DNA from: Felis catus
Taxonomy: Eukaryota
Assembly (NCBI RefSeq): GCF_018350175.1
Contig: NC_058368.1
Location: 36,582,001-36,646,000, forward strand
Length of the DNA stretch: 64,000 nt
Direction: 5' to 3'
Shown piece by piece: positions 25,730 to 39,739 of the stretch. The notes below the pieces were generated by a model. It was not told the DNA's origin. It made no database searches and saw only the letters and a program-made list of their open reading frames with translations. Every line of letters starts with the position of its first letter. Positions within the stretch are counted from its first letter, which is position 1. Position numbers and translations under genes: made by a program.

Positions 25730-27440
25730 TATTCCACCAGCCTGTTTCTTGAGCACTTGTTATGTGGCTTTAGCTCTCCACCCAGAACAGTGGTGAGCAC
25801 ATTTCCGTAGAATGATTATGTGCTAGGCAGTGGAAACACACAGATGAGCAGTCTCTGCCCTCAAGGAGTCACAGACTAGCAGAGGAGCCCAGCAAGTAAG
25901 CCGACACCTGTTCATCCTGAGCAGAGCACAGAATACCTAACTGAGTCAGGAACAAATTCATGGAAGAATCAAGGCCTTCCCTGACTATTCCTGTTATAAA
26001 AACAGCAGTGTGACATCACACAAATTCTCTTTCCCTTTTGCCCTGTTTTATTTTCTGCACATCTTGGTCCTGTCTCCAACCCCGAAGTGAAGTCAGTGTG
26101 AGAACAGACACTTTGTCTCAGCTAATACTTCAGCATTCAGAACAGTACCTGAAACATAAGGGGCTCTCAATAAATATTTGTTAACTCTGGATGAATGAAG
26201 TTTGATGTGAATCTCGAAAGTCGTGAAGGGAACTTAGGACTTAGTTTGGGAAAAAAAGGGAGGAAAGTAAGAAAACAGAGTAACCAGGGAAATTCTAGAG
26301 GGCATGGTAGGGTGAGGTATGTTGGCAACAGTACAGGTGGGTGTAGTAAATGTCAGTAGACGAGGCTGCCAAGGCAGGTGGGGTCAAAGCGTGAAGAGTA
26401 AGGTGGGTTATGGTGAGGAGTCTGAATTTTATCCCTCAGAATAGGGACTATGGAAGGATTTTAGGCAGGAGAGTGTCATATACATTTCTCCTATGAAATG
26501 TTTCTTTAATCTGTACTTACCTACCATTCATGTGATCTTTGATTTAACAGATTGTTGCCTGGTATGGAAAATGGGTTTCAGTGAAAGCAGAGAGCCTGGA
26601 GACCAGTGATTGCAATAGTTAAGGCAAGAGGTGAGACCCTGGAGTTATCAAAATTTAGGCAAAATTAAAGAGTGTGGGTAAGACTGCCTGGAGAAAGTGT
26701 GCAAAGAGAAAAACAAGGACTGGAGTCAGACTTCTGGGGAATTCGTTAAGGGGTGGGGAGAGGCATTAGGAAAGTCTGGCCAGGGAGGACAGGGGTTTGG
26801 CCAACAGGAATGACTGCTGAATCCGTAAAATATAATGCTGGAAACATCAAGGAAGATAAGAACTAAAAAGTACCTAGTGGATTTGGCAATCGGTAGGTGA
26901 CTGGTAACTGTAGAATGCATTTCCAGTGGAATTGGTGCAGGAGGATCGCCACTTAGGGTTTCTTGAGAATGGGCAAAAAGAAAATGAAGTGTAGGCTACT
27001 TTTAAGACCTTGGTTGTGAAGATAAAGAGCATAGAGGATGAGAATAAAGAGTAAAGGAGCTCAAGGGAAATGCCCAAGCGTGTGTACATCAAAGGCACGG
27101 TGAAGCAAAGAAGGAAGGAGAAGTTGTAAAAATGGGAATAAAGATTTTTAAGATCCCAGGCCATGGTAAGAAAGTGGGGCACAATAACGTGATTTCGGGT
27201 ATGTTGAGGAACACTAGAGAAAGGAGGAGAAAGAAGTAAATAAAGATGTGGGTGAGGTTAAGTTGTTGGGTTTCAGGGAAGGAAGCTGAATAACTGTAAT
27301 GAACTCTCTTCTCTATGAAGTAAAATCAGGTCATCAGTTGAAAGTAATGAGATCAAGAAGAGGAGATGAATTTTGAAGAGCAAGGTAAAGATTTAGAGAC
27401 TGCCCAGGAATATGACAGAGGGAGTTAACCAAGAATGTAT
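25730..27440 (-). mobile_element. L2 LINE fragments (mostly antisense, possibly mixed orientation)
   Basis: gagcacttgttatgtg..., gtctctgccctcaaggagtcacagactag, ggagtctgaattttatcc...ggaaggattttaggcaggagagtg. Confidence 0.6.
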
Positions 27441-27792
27441 TTTCACAGCAGAAGTTTTCAACCCTTAGTAAAAGTCATGTGTAAAGCCTACTGTGACAGT
27501 TCATTCTCAGTTTCTAGTCTTTTAGTACAAGAAAAGTGTAAGTGGATATACAAATGAGAAGAACTTTCTATGTTTATTAAACAGAAACTAACAGTTAACT
27601 CCTAGCCAATTTTCGCTAGAGGTTTTTACTAGGAACCTGATATTTGAAAGTCTGCACAAACATAATGACTATATTATTGCTCTATGACCTCAGCAAAGTT
27701 TAGTATTGGAAAATGCCCTGTGAAGGTGGATTTAAGCATACCATTAACATTAATACAATCCTAGGAATGTTAACAAAGTTTCAGGGCTTCTT

Positions 27793-28023
27793 TTTTTTTT
27801 TAATTTTTTTAATGTTTATTTATTTTTTATTTTTGAGAGACAGAGAGAGACAGAGTGTGGGTGGGGGAGGGGCAGAGAGAGAGAGAAAGACACAGAATCT
27901 GAAGAGGCTCCAGGCTCTGAGCCATCAGCACAGAGCCCAATGCGGGGCTTGAACTCACAAGCCGTGAGATCATGACCTGAGCCAAAGTCGGACGCTCAAC
28001 TGACTGAGCCACCCAAGTGCCCC
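27793..28023 (-). mobile_element. CAN-SINE with perfect 18-bp TSD AAAGTTTCAGGGCTTCTT
   Basis: TSD at 27775-27792 and 28024-28041. Confidence 0.96.
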
Positions 28024-28117
28024 AAAGTTTCAGGGCTTCTTGAGCTCATCTTGATGCCAGGCAGTGATATATTAAATAGATAAAAATGTTAATTAGGTAC
28101 TTGAACATTCTAAGACA

Positions 28118-28120
<3 letters not shown>

Positions 28121-28160
<40 letters not shown>
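28121..28160 (+). repeat. (TG)20 microsatellite
   Basis: Read directly from the sequence. Confidence 0.95.
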
Positions 28161-28164
<4 letters not shown>

Positions 28165-31100
28165 CATGGGAGCACACGAAAGATATTAGTGTTTTAAAAG
28201 CTGTGATAGTTACTACGTTGTGCATTTAGAGAACAAAATAAGGTAGGAAAATTTTTTAAAAACTGCCGTTTAATCTGGTGAGACCTCATCTGTCTATTGA
28301 CCTGTCCACCTGTTACTGACTGATTCATGGAGAAAGATTTTCCTTACATGGACATGGTTTTAAATAAGGAATTTTTGTTAATGTTCATCACAGTTTTTGC
28401 ATGACAGTTATAAAGAGTTGACACTTACTAGCTATGGAAGTATAAAACAGAATCCAAATAAGAAACTAAGTAATCCTGTTAAGAACATATACTCTTCACA
28501 GTTCTGGAGTTAATTTATAAACTACCATGGGATACTCTTGTTCTGTCACCAAAGGGGATGGCTCATCATGGACATACCACACCACAAAATTGATAGAGTT
28601 TCTAAAAAGAGCCTAAATAACTTATAGTCTCTCGCTAAGACCAGAGAGAGCTTAGAAAAATAGTCTGTCTCAAGTTTATGCTGCTGAATGTGATAAACAC
28701 TCAAACAGAGAAGCATAATACTACTATTACGTGAGGCATCAAATTCTGAAATTAAGGAACATCCCTTATTTAAAAAAAATTAAAGTTCTGAGGTAAAGTT
28801 AAGACCTTGATAATTAAGTATACAACAGAATTATTTGTGTTAATCCAAGCCCCTGAGGATAAATATCTTGGAACATGTAATAGTTTGTATTGGTACATTT
28901 TACTGCTTTATTATATTCTCCTTCTCATAGTCATGTTCTCGGGAGTGTTAATGCTGCAGTCTGTAGATACCTAGGTGGGGAACATTAACTTGGATGAATT
29001 TTATAAAGACAATTACTATATTTGGTAGGCTGATAGGATTTGCCCTGGTAAAGAAGTTTGCCTCTGGGTTCCTTTCTTCACTGGAAGAAAAATGAGTATG
29101 TTGCTAATTGACCAGATTCTCAGCCTCTCTTTTATATTTGACATTGGTTATTAATACCGATAATTGTAAGAATCACTTTGGAAATGTAAAGTGCCACCTG
29201 GAGGCTCATTTAGCATTGCGTGTTAGGTTTTTAACTTCTATAATTCACTAAGATAGTCAAATTGCTTGACTCGAACCACTGAAAGAAAAACTGTTTATGT
29301 TTTATGTGGCATTATAAAGAATAGAACTTTACATTTGTGAAGCATTAATAATAGCACACTTTATCGAACACTTAATTTTGTACCAGACATGATTCTAAGC
29401 TCTTTATTTACTTTAATTCATGTATAGTAGCTGTTTATGAAGAGTGTAACCACCTCACTGTCTTTTGTTCTCTCAATTGAGTCCTTCAGAGTAGATAGCA
29501 TTATGGATAATTGGTGCTTTACAGCAAGAACTGTGGCACCTAAGTGTTATTATATCTACTTTATTTTATTAATTTCACGATGTGCTTAAAATGCAACTTA
29601 GATGGAAAGCACCTGATTTTTATCTTTTTGTATAAACTTTGAAGAGTTTAACATGATCAGTCCAATTCTCTTGCTCAGCCTCTGCATCCACTGGGATGTG
29701 TGAAAAGAGCAGCATAACCTGGGCAAGATATATCCTCTTTTTTAGCCTCAGGTTTGTTTTCTCTTCTGAAAAAGAGCAATAAAAATATGCAATTTGATAG
29801 GGTTGTTGTAAGGATCATAGTAGCTGTTCAATAAGCGTTTTGTTCAGTCATTGAACGATTGAAACGCCTCACACATAGGTTTTTAATTACTGTTGGTTCC
29901 ATTTCTTTAGTTTTCCTTCTAGGCTGTGGAAAGAGCAGCTTTCCTTCACTGCCCATCTCTTTAAAGTGACGTTTGTTGATCCTGGATTGCAACATCAGCA
30001 GCTACTAACTGGAACTTTCAAATCAGGAGTTGGGTGTCCATCCCAAATTATCCCTCTTCGAAGGAAAACCAGACTGCTTCCCTGTGCCATCTTTTTCTTC
30101 AAATGAATTCCTTTTTCTTTTATATTTCTTTTTTAAATTTTCTTTTCTATTAGGATGTTACTAGTATAGTGAACTTCTGTATTAGGACTTTTAAAATGCA
30201 ATCCTAATATAAAAATCCACAAATCTTCTAAAAGTGAACTAGTTTTTCCCACAAACTAAAAGAACTGTGTTCTTTTAAGCTAATAGTATTGCCTGCAAAG
30301 CTATAAAATTTCCATCATTTTCTTAATGCAAAACCATTTTCCTTCACACTTTTGAAGTCCTATGTTTGCAACAGCCTTCATAAATTGGCGACCCCTATCC
30401 TGGCTCTGACACAAACCTGCTCAGCCCATCCTGCTGTCGGTGTACCTGCTGCTCGCCATTGACAGGATTCTTGTCAAAACCGGGGATTGCATAAATTAGT
30501 GTTTAACCCTGGACAGGCTTTTTCTCATTTCAGTTCAGCTTTTAAAAGACTGTCGTGTCCTTATTCATATGTAATGAAAGTGAAATTTGACTACCGTCAT
30601 ACACTTTTATACTTTCAGAGTTTGTAAACTCTGAAGAGCATCATAAACATTCCTAGTCTTACTGATTTTTTTTGTTGTTGTTGTTAAGCCTTAATTAGTA
30701 ATCCTCAGTTTTACAAATTCCTGTACAGAAACGACATCATCACTAATTGTCTACTGGCCTTTCCTTCTAGTCCAGAGGACCTACTCGCCTTACTTTTTAC
30801 TTTAATAAGCAGCTTACATCATGTGTGTGTGGTGGGAGGGGCGGGGGTGGTGGTGGGAGAGAGAAGAGAGGAGTATTAAGTTGTGTAAAGGAATATACGT
30901 TAAATAATCTTACGGATGAATTTAGAATTATTAAAAAGTGGATTGTTTTACCTTGATTCTTTTCAGAAGGGCACATATTAAGTGTTTGAAAAACCTAAGA
31001 AAATCTTTTGACTCTGTAATACTTCCTAACTTGTCCTTGCTATCATTGTTCCACTGTGACTCTATGGACAAGGAGAAATAGCTTCATTCTCGAACAAGGA

Positions 31101-32341
31101 GAACAAAACACACATTTAATAAGAACAAATATGTATTCTGTTCTTCTTTTGTACAAGATGATGAGCAAATTACCCTCAAGAGTCTATTATCAGTTCTCCC
31201 AGCCTGTGTTGAACATCTAAAACAGAGTTCCTGAATTTCAGTAAACTAGAAATAGTATTATTACAGGAAAATATAATATGTTTAATAGCCTTGATTAAAT
31301 CAGGTGATATATGCTGTCTAATTTTCCTTTACCTGAGTTGACAGAGATAAGTTTCTCTCCCTTATTATTCTTAGAGAAAATCTTTGTGATACCTTTCTCT
31401 TTCTTCAACTATCTAACCGTCAAAAATGATTGAGAAGGTCTCCTAAACTTGGAAAGAGAATGATTATTTTTTTAAAGCTAATTCCTCATATACTGAACAT
31501 TTTGAAATCTCAATGGGAGGAAAAGAAATCCATAAATTTAAGCATAGTTAACACCAAGATGAAATGTTATTTCTCTACTAACTTATTGAGGGAAAAGGGA
31601 ATAAATGGTTGAGAACGTGAAGGTTAGAGTCCTTACGTTCAAGACTTCACTATAATTGGAACACTCATACACCAGACCACCATGTATAACTCTTGAGCTG
31701 CATTAACCAATTTAATATCTACAGGAACCCTATGAAATAATTATTAGCATTCTCATTTTACATACACGGGAAACTACAAATACGGGTTCAGAGTCATGAA
31801 GTCACTTGCCTAAAATCTTTGAGCTAGTAAGTTACAAAGCTGATATTCAAGTTTTGGATTCACTGACACCATCACACATGATCCTACGTTTTACCTGTAA
31901 ATGAACGTAGATGATACCAAACTATTTGAGGATTTTTGTGGGAGTTTAATGAAATAGTATATGTAAAAATATTCAGCATTGTAAGTACATGTGTACTTCA
32001 ATATGTGATACATTGTTTTGATTAAGGTATCTTTCAAACAGTTTATTCAACCTTAATTCTCATGAATTTAGAGAATTTTGAATGGAAAAGTGAAGACATA
32101 TGTGGGTAGAAGTATCAGCTAGAAAGTATCTTACATAGGGCAGAAAAAAAAATCAACTTGTTCCTTTCACTTACTATTGTATTGCTAAGAGAAATTAATC
32201 TCAAACCGAGACTCTGTTTTTATCCTCTAAATTTCCCTGGAATCTAGTTTTAGGATTATACTACATTTTAGCCAACTGTTTAGGTCTTACCCCTTTAGAT
32301 AGTAGTCCTAATTTTCACTATTCGAAAGAAAGAGAGAGAAG

Positions 32342-32405
32342 GGAAGGAAGGAAGGAAGGAAGGAAGGAAGGAAGGAAGGAAGGAAGGAAGGAAGGAAGGA
32401 AGGAA
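32342..32405 (+). repeat. (GGAA)16 tetranucleotide repeat
   Basis: Read directly from the sequence. Confidence 0.95.
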
Positions 32406-35034
32406 AGAATGATCACCAAATCACCATTTGTCGGAAAAACTGACTTAATATTATATATTCAGAATACACCAATGATAATACTGTGCCAAAATAATATCTT
32501 TCATTAGTGTATGGATTTCAATTGCGATGAAATTTAAGACCTTAGATTGGGGAAATAATTATTTTCAAATACAGAATGATATAGACCTACGAGTAGGTTA
32601 TAGGGACTCTGCTTGATGACAAGCACAATATGAACAAGTAGTGATTGAGCAGCTGCTGAAAACATTAAAGCAAGGCTAGATTGCACTAATAGATTTATAT
32701 AGAGTTTGTTCACTATGGGAAATAATAGTATTGTGTTCCAAGCAGACTTTACATGGAATATTATCTGAAAACTAGGTTCTAAAGAATAGTAACTATTAAA
32801 GTGAAATAAAAGAAAAGACATTGAAGATGATGGAAGATTCTAGAAATAATAGTATCTGACAAGTGATTCCAAGAGCTGAGTCTTTTGCTTCTAGAAAGTA
32901 GAAGACTGAAGAGAGATATAATACTTGTTTAAAATAGCTTAAAATCTTTCATATGGCAAAGGAAACAGACTCAACTAGAAATGTAGGTGGGACTTCTAGA
33001 AATGCAGATTTGTACTTTGTTGTGCAGAACAGAGAGCCTAAAAGAGCCTGAGTACCCCTCACCAGAGTTACCTGAAGGCGGTTAGGTGGATCTTGTACTG
33101 AGATCAGATCACTGACTCCTGTAGTCCTTCTACAGGACTTTGTTAACTGGCCTGTTAACGGATAAGGGTTTCTAAACATCTGTTATTATGGTTCACTAAA
33201 GAGAAATATTTTCAGTTCATTATGCAGACTTTGTTAGTATGGGTTTTTAGGTATGAGTGGGATTTAAATGTATAATGATGTGTGTCACATTGGGCCGCTT
33301 TCTGCTTGAAGATTTAAGTGTTTAACTTTTTTCCTGTCAGTCTTCCTTTATGTTCATTAAGGGGGTGAACACATCAGCAGTGATTTCATTTCTGTGTTAT
33401 TAGGCATGGTGACTTTTTTCTTATAGTTAAACAAAGCATGTCAAGTCACGTGTCCCCTCCCTCCTCCAACCTTCCATACTTTTTAATGGCAAAGATCTGA
33501 CCTATATTTCCTCAATTTGACATGAAGATTTTTTTTTCTATTTCTGTTTCTTAAATCTGTATTACACGTCACTGTAGCATACAGTAAGTGTTTGTCTCAG
33601 GTGGTCAGTTACATAATATGCATTGGGCTGACTTTTAGAGTAAGAAGTGCTCTGGCATTATGGTGCAGAAATCATTACTTTCAGAGAAAGAATTAGTTAA
33701 CCCATCTTAAATTGCGTTATATTAGCCTGCCCATTTAAGATGTAAAAATGATATAAATTATGAGAGCGAAATGATTAACCACTTGTGATTAGTGCTCATA
33801 TGTCTTGACCATAAGATATTCTAAAACATTGGTTGCTTTTGCATAGATAATTTGTAGGCATTGACCTAAAAACAGATCAACATAGATAGGCATTGTCTCT
33901 TATGAATTGTCATTGCTGTACAACTTTTTAAATAGTGTTTCTAACTGGTTCCTTTTTATAGCATTTACCAAAATTTAAAGGGTATGATCTAAAGGCAAGA
34001 TATTCAAAGAGACTGATCACATTAACTTATTTTTGGCTTCCTCTTAAAATGTTCAGATTTTATGCAAATCGTGTCTATAACTTCTGACTGATTTTCAAGA
34101 GTGCTTCTTTGCCAGTTTCCTCCCCTTTTTTGTTCTATTTTCCTTTTTTCTCTATATAAATTAAAAAAAAATACCTCCCAAAGAAACAAAACCAGTGGTA
34201 ACAATAGAATTAAACTATTAACAATTAAACAAACAAACTATTCGTTTTAATGTGTAGATCATTTTTTTTTAATTTCAGTAGATAAAAATGGCAAGTGTGT
34301 GGCAAGAATCTTCCTACTTGCATTGGCTCTTTCATTTTTTTTTTTTCCAGTGACTCTTCCACTTTCCTTATCTGCCCAAAACAACCTGAGGAATAGCAGC
34401 AAACTTCCTAAATTTTAGTAAAGTCTGTGAGTCTAGATAGTTTAATTGAAGTGGGCACATATATTGTATTGTTCAAAGGATTACTTATTTCACAACAGTA
34501 GAGAACATAGAAGGCTTATTTGATAAACCCTTCCTAAGTATTAAAATGTCATATAGTTCTCCAGGTAAACCTATGAGTTCATTATTATTTTCTGTGTGAG
34601 AAAACTGAGACCAAGAGAAGTTGAGTAACATGCCTCAAAGTGGTAGAGGCTAAACTGAGACTCAGATCTGACTTAAGAGACTGAGGTCTCAAATACCAAT
34701 GTCATGAAGTATCTCTCAAGGAAATCTTTGAGTACATCGGCATATCTGGGAGCAGGATATGCTCCATACCTTGATTTCTGGGCAAGCTTTTGGAATCTAT
34801 TTAATCTTAAGCTAAAGCAGCCAATGAGTTTTAGAGAGGTGCACATTTTTATAAAACATATATTCATTCTTTGGACCTCACTGTAGTATTTCAGCAAAAA
34901 TTATGACCAGTAAATGATGTTTGTGCTAGGACAGAGACCTCGGGACAGAGGCCATCCATTTACTTAAAAATGATCTTAAGCTAGCTATTAGAAAAAAGTA
35001 AGCCAAACTGTCTGAAGCAAGATATGTAAATATG

Positions 35035-35225
35035 CGCTATGTGATGCAATGGAAAGGACTTTGGAGCAGACAGCCCGGAGTCTTATTCAAGCATGGCCAC
35101 TTATATAGCTTTGGGTAAATTACTTTGTTTCTTCATCTGTAGAACGGTGAGATTAGGTAACTCAAAGCACTGTTGCAAGGATTAAATGAGATAGAATGCA
35201 AAATGCCAGACACACAATGGAATAA
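35035..35225 (+). mobile_element. MIR fragment
   Basis: ggactttggagcagacagcc...tttcttcatctgtagaacgg...gttgcaaggattaaatgagat. Confidence 0.7.
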
Positions 35226-37461
35226 ACATCCATTTCCTTTTTCTCTGTTCCAAGTTGTAAATAAACTCAGGTGTGTTTTTGAACGTAGGAGTGTCTGTAC
35301 TTTTGCAATTTGGTAAGGGTGACATGTTTACTAGTCTCTTTTTCATATCCTCGTAGTTAAAATGTGGATGGAGCATTTTGAAGTTCAGCTCAATTTCCTT
35401 AAGTGCCTAAACTGCCAAAAATGGCTTGTCTACTTTATATTAAAGGGTCGGTGATCTTAATGAAATTAGAGGAGGGACTATGATGAAGAGTACGGTGTTT
35501 GCTTTTACTGTCATTTAAACATCTAGTTTTCTTCTGTGTTAGTTAGTTGTCTTATGTAGGTTGTGCTCTAGCTGGCAGGGCATAGAGTAAAATCCTTGAA
35601 CTAAGATTTCTGATAATTTCCTAATATAACATCATCAACAATTTCAATTTTTGTATAAATCTAAAAAAATATACTCTTTTCTGAAAAGATCAGAACCACA
35701 GTGAAATGTCTCATTTTTCTCCTGAAATCCTGTGTGATACAGGAATGAAAGCATTGGGTTCTGTCAGCCATGCATTTTGGAACAGCTGTTTAGTAATTAG
35801 ATCAGATTGAATCACATCATTATTTTTTTTTTTTTTGGTCTTGAATCAGTATTTTTCTTTTCTGCTATAAAATATCTGGTTTAAATAAAATATTCTTGGA
35901 CATGGTACGTATTAAAGGGATGATCTTAGATCTGCTCTGAGGGAAAGGGAGACTCTAATTCTAGGTGGTATAATTCTAAAATGGTATCTTCTTTTACCCA
36001 AAGTTTCAAACATAGAGAAATTAGTCTATTACAAAATTACTTATTTTGGTTATGTATGACACTCTCATATGTTAGTGAAACTTGAGATTTTTTTTTTTCC
36101 TCACCTAGGTGCAGAAGGTTTTATTCCCAAATGAGGCATTTAATTCATTGAAGTCAAAAGAAGTGTTTAGATGTTCTCTGTGATAGAAGGCAAAGGCAAA
36201 AGGGTTCCGAACTCCGAGTCAGAGGCCTACTTTTTGGTTCCTCTTCTTCCACCAGCTCACTTTCTTATGTTCATCAAGTCAGTCGACCCAGCTAGTTCCC
36301 CGTGTTCAGCAGAGGCTGAACTAGATGGGGCTAGTTTTTGTGCCATAGGGAGTGACAGAGCTTGGAGGGGCTGAGGAAGAGAAAGCCAAGGGGATGCTGC
36401 TTGCTAACACATGTAAAACACTCCCTGTAACCTGGGCCCATCTACTTTAGGGTGAAATTCTATATAAAATTTCATATGAAGCCAGAGTGCCACATTTACC
36501 CAAAATATAAACGATAATTCTTATATATTTTTTTTAATGTAATCTGCTCCGTTCGAGTATCTCCAATTCCTCTTCCAATTCTGGCATTCATTATAACTAT
36601 ATTCCTCACCCTCATTCTTTGGGAGCAGAGTGAAAGACAGGACTGTGAGTCAGAAGACTTGTGTGCTAGCTCAGGTTACGGGACTAATTCCTTGAGCAAA
36701 TAATAGTTTTTAGGTATTTGGATTACTGTTCTTTACAGAAACTTTCTGTTTTATAGAAAACAGTTTGTGGTTCCAGGCTACCACAAGCCTGGTTTGTTTT
36801 GTGATACAGCTGTAAATATTCAATTGGAACATATTTCTTAAACAAGAATAATTGGTAAATTAAGTTCAGCGTTGGTCATAATACTAGTGGGCATAATTCT
36901 AGTGGGCACAGATGTTATACATAACCTTCACAGAAAATAAAAAACCAATCCAGCTTTTACTTTCAATTTTAAGTCACTCTAATATAATGGAATGTTAGTA
37001 TAATTGATTTAAAATAGGTTACTTAAAAATATTTTAAATTCTTCTTTACATGATTTTTTGTTCTTGTTTTTGAATGGGGCAGAGATACTTTATTTCACCT
37101 GTTTGGACTGTAACGTAAAAGCAAAGGTCAGAGTTTCAGTGGGGATGAAGAGGAAATGTTATAAATATCCAAGGTATAATCAAAATTGAACACAACCTAA
37201 AAATCAATTCAGAAAGCTCCATAAACTTCAAAGTGGCTTTCACACATTAATTCATTCTCATGGCATCCCAAGGATGAAAGCAGTTTAATTGTCATATTCT
37301 AGTTACTGATAACCACAGGAAGAATCTGAATGGATTGAAATGTGCCATTTTATTAATAAGGCATGTCAAGAAACATTTTATCAAATATTAAGGATCCACG
37401 ACATCATCAGCACTATTCAAGGCACAAAGTATCCCACTGACATGGCCTATTTTACAGCCTA

Positions 37462-37822
37462 TTTTTTTTTTTAACATACTTCATTTTTTTAGAACAGTTT
37501 TAGATTCTTCGGAAAGGAAGATACAGAGACTTCCCATATGCTCCCTGCCCCCCACCCCTACACACAGCCTCCCCCATTATCAACATCTCCCACTAGAGTA
37601 ATGCATTTGCTCAGAGTCCGTGGTTTACATTGGGCTTCATTGTTGGTGTGTACATTCAGTGGGTTTGGACAAATGTATAATAACATGTATCTACCATAAT
37701 AGTATCATAACACAATGGTTTCACTACCCTAAAAATCCCCTGTGCTCTGCCATTCATCCCTCTGTTCTCCCTTACCCTGGACAACCTCTAATCTTTTCAC
37801 TGTCTCCATAGTTTTGCCTTTA
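37462..37822 (-). mobile_element. L1 (L1MB/MC-like) 3' fragment, antisense
   Basis: ttttttagaacagttttagattc...cacacagcctcccccattatcaacatc...ttttcactgtctccatagttttgccttt. Confidence 0.8.
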
Positions 37823-38539
37823 TTACATGATGTTTTGGGAAAGCAAGTTTATCTTTAACTTTTGTTTAGGTTTTGTATTAAAATGAATTTATATTTCTAT
37901 AAACTGGCTACAGAAGCTCACCAGGCAGGCAAAAGGTGGCCTGGAAATTCACAGAGTGAGTGATTCATATGTGAATCACTGATAGAGATATGTACTCATT
38001 AATATTTCATTATTCAAAGTATCCTAAATTTCAAGGCTTGTTGTTGAGAGTACATGGTGTTCATTTCATATGCTGGATTATGTTTTTGTGACTACTATAC
38101 AAATTCTGTGAGAAGGAACTGACTAGAAGAAATTTTATTAAATTACACACAAAATACCTATTAAAAGATGTGTGATAGTAGTAATAAGTTTTTCTAAGTT
38201 TTTTTATGAAGAGAATTGCCATCCCTGCTCCCCACTCTCACCAACCAAATAATCTCTGATTGTCTCCTCACAGAGTCATGGTTGTGGGAAAATGCCGAAG
38301 GAATGGTAATTTAAGATAAGATGTATGAATATGTCAGTGAAGCAGAGGAAAATGTGGCATTGTTGGCAAATAGAGCCCCCTCCCCACCCCCAACAAAATT
38401 TCCATAGAGATTTGGGTTAGCGTTTCAGCCTTAGAGACAGACAAGAAAGGTGGCAAACCCAAGCTTCCTGAATTTCAGAATTATTTTCCAGGCTGGCACT
38501 TAGGAGTAGGAAGTTTCCTCCTCCTCCATTGGCCTAGCC

Positions 38540-38826
38540 CAGGGTTTCTCAATTCTGGCACTGATGGCATTAGAACTGGGTAATTCTTTGTTGTGTAGGC
38601 TGCCCTGTGCCTTTTAGAATATTTAGCAACATCGTTGGCCTCCACCCGTTAGATGTAGTAACAACTCGCCTACACCTTACCCTCTCACTTTGTAACAACC
38701 AGAAATATCTTCAAACCCACTAGATGCCAGTAGCATCCCTCAGTTGTAGCAACCAAAAATGTCTCCAGACAGTGGTTAAGGTCCCCTGGGGGGGGGCAAA
38801 AAATAACTTTCAGTTGAGAACCACTG
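38540..38826. mobile_element. MER20 DNA transposon (hAT-Charlie) with an internal duplication
   Basis: Termini cagggtttctcaa ... ttgagaaccactg form terminal inverted repeats; the internal sequence is MER20-like. Confidence 0.85.
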
Positions 38827-39739
38827 ATCCAGCACCTTCCTTAAAATACTCATTTGTATGGTTCACCTTGTTTTTTCATTTTTTTAATTTTTGTTTTGGG
38901 TTTTTTTTTTTTTTGGTTTTTTTGTTTGTTTGTTTTTTGATTTGTTATTTTTGCACTTCACCTTGTAGAACAGAGAACCCTACCTCTATTTAAATGTTGC
39001 ATACCTTTTACTGAGGTATGATTCAGGTTCCGAGTGACTGATTTCCAATGAGCTTTTGTACCAGAGCTCATTTATAAATGAGGGAAGATGTATTTGTCTG
39101 TGTTCTCACTCCAGATACAGTGTATGCTGAAGATCATACTCAAGAAAGATGTGACCTGTCAAACATGTTTCATAGGTGAAGTTGTCATCTCCTTTTTGCA
39201 CTGGTCCTGGGACTTTTTATTTTCTTCAAACTGTCATTCCATTCATGCTTGATGACACGGTGATTATTGTATTTTCTATCTTCTCAATAAAAGGAGCAAT
39301 AAACTAGTAAATATTGGCATGAAAAGAGGATGCATTTTGAATCTTAGTTATGTAGTATTTTTAAACCAGGTTTAATCTGAAAACATGGTTTAGGGGGGCA
39401 AAAATCTGAGTCCCAATAAAATAGTTCTGAATCTCAAAGTTTAGGTGAAGATGACATTGGTCAGTTTCATTTTATGAAAGTTATCGCAGAATTTGTGAAG
39501 AATCTTGCCTGAGAGTCAGAAACAGAATGGCGCTGGTCTGGACCCTTCCTTGAATAAGCTCTGTGACATGGAAAACTGAGTTGGCTTCTCAGGGTTTAGA
39601 GATTCCTTGTCTGTCAGATCTAAGGGGAGGGACAAGACTATATGGCTTTCCAGAACAGTGCCAGCTCAAACATAGTGTCAGATTTTTAAAAATATGTTTT
39701 GAACTATCATATTATTTATTTTTTTTGAGGTTTTTTTTT

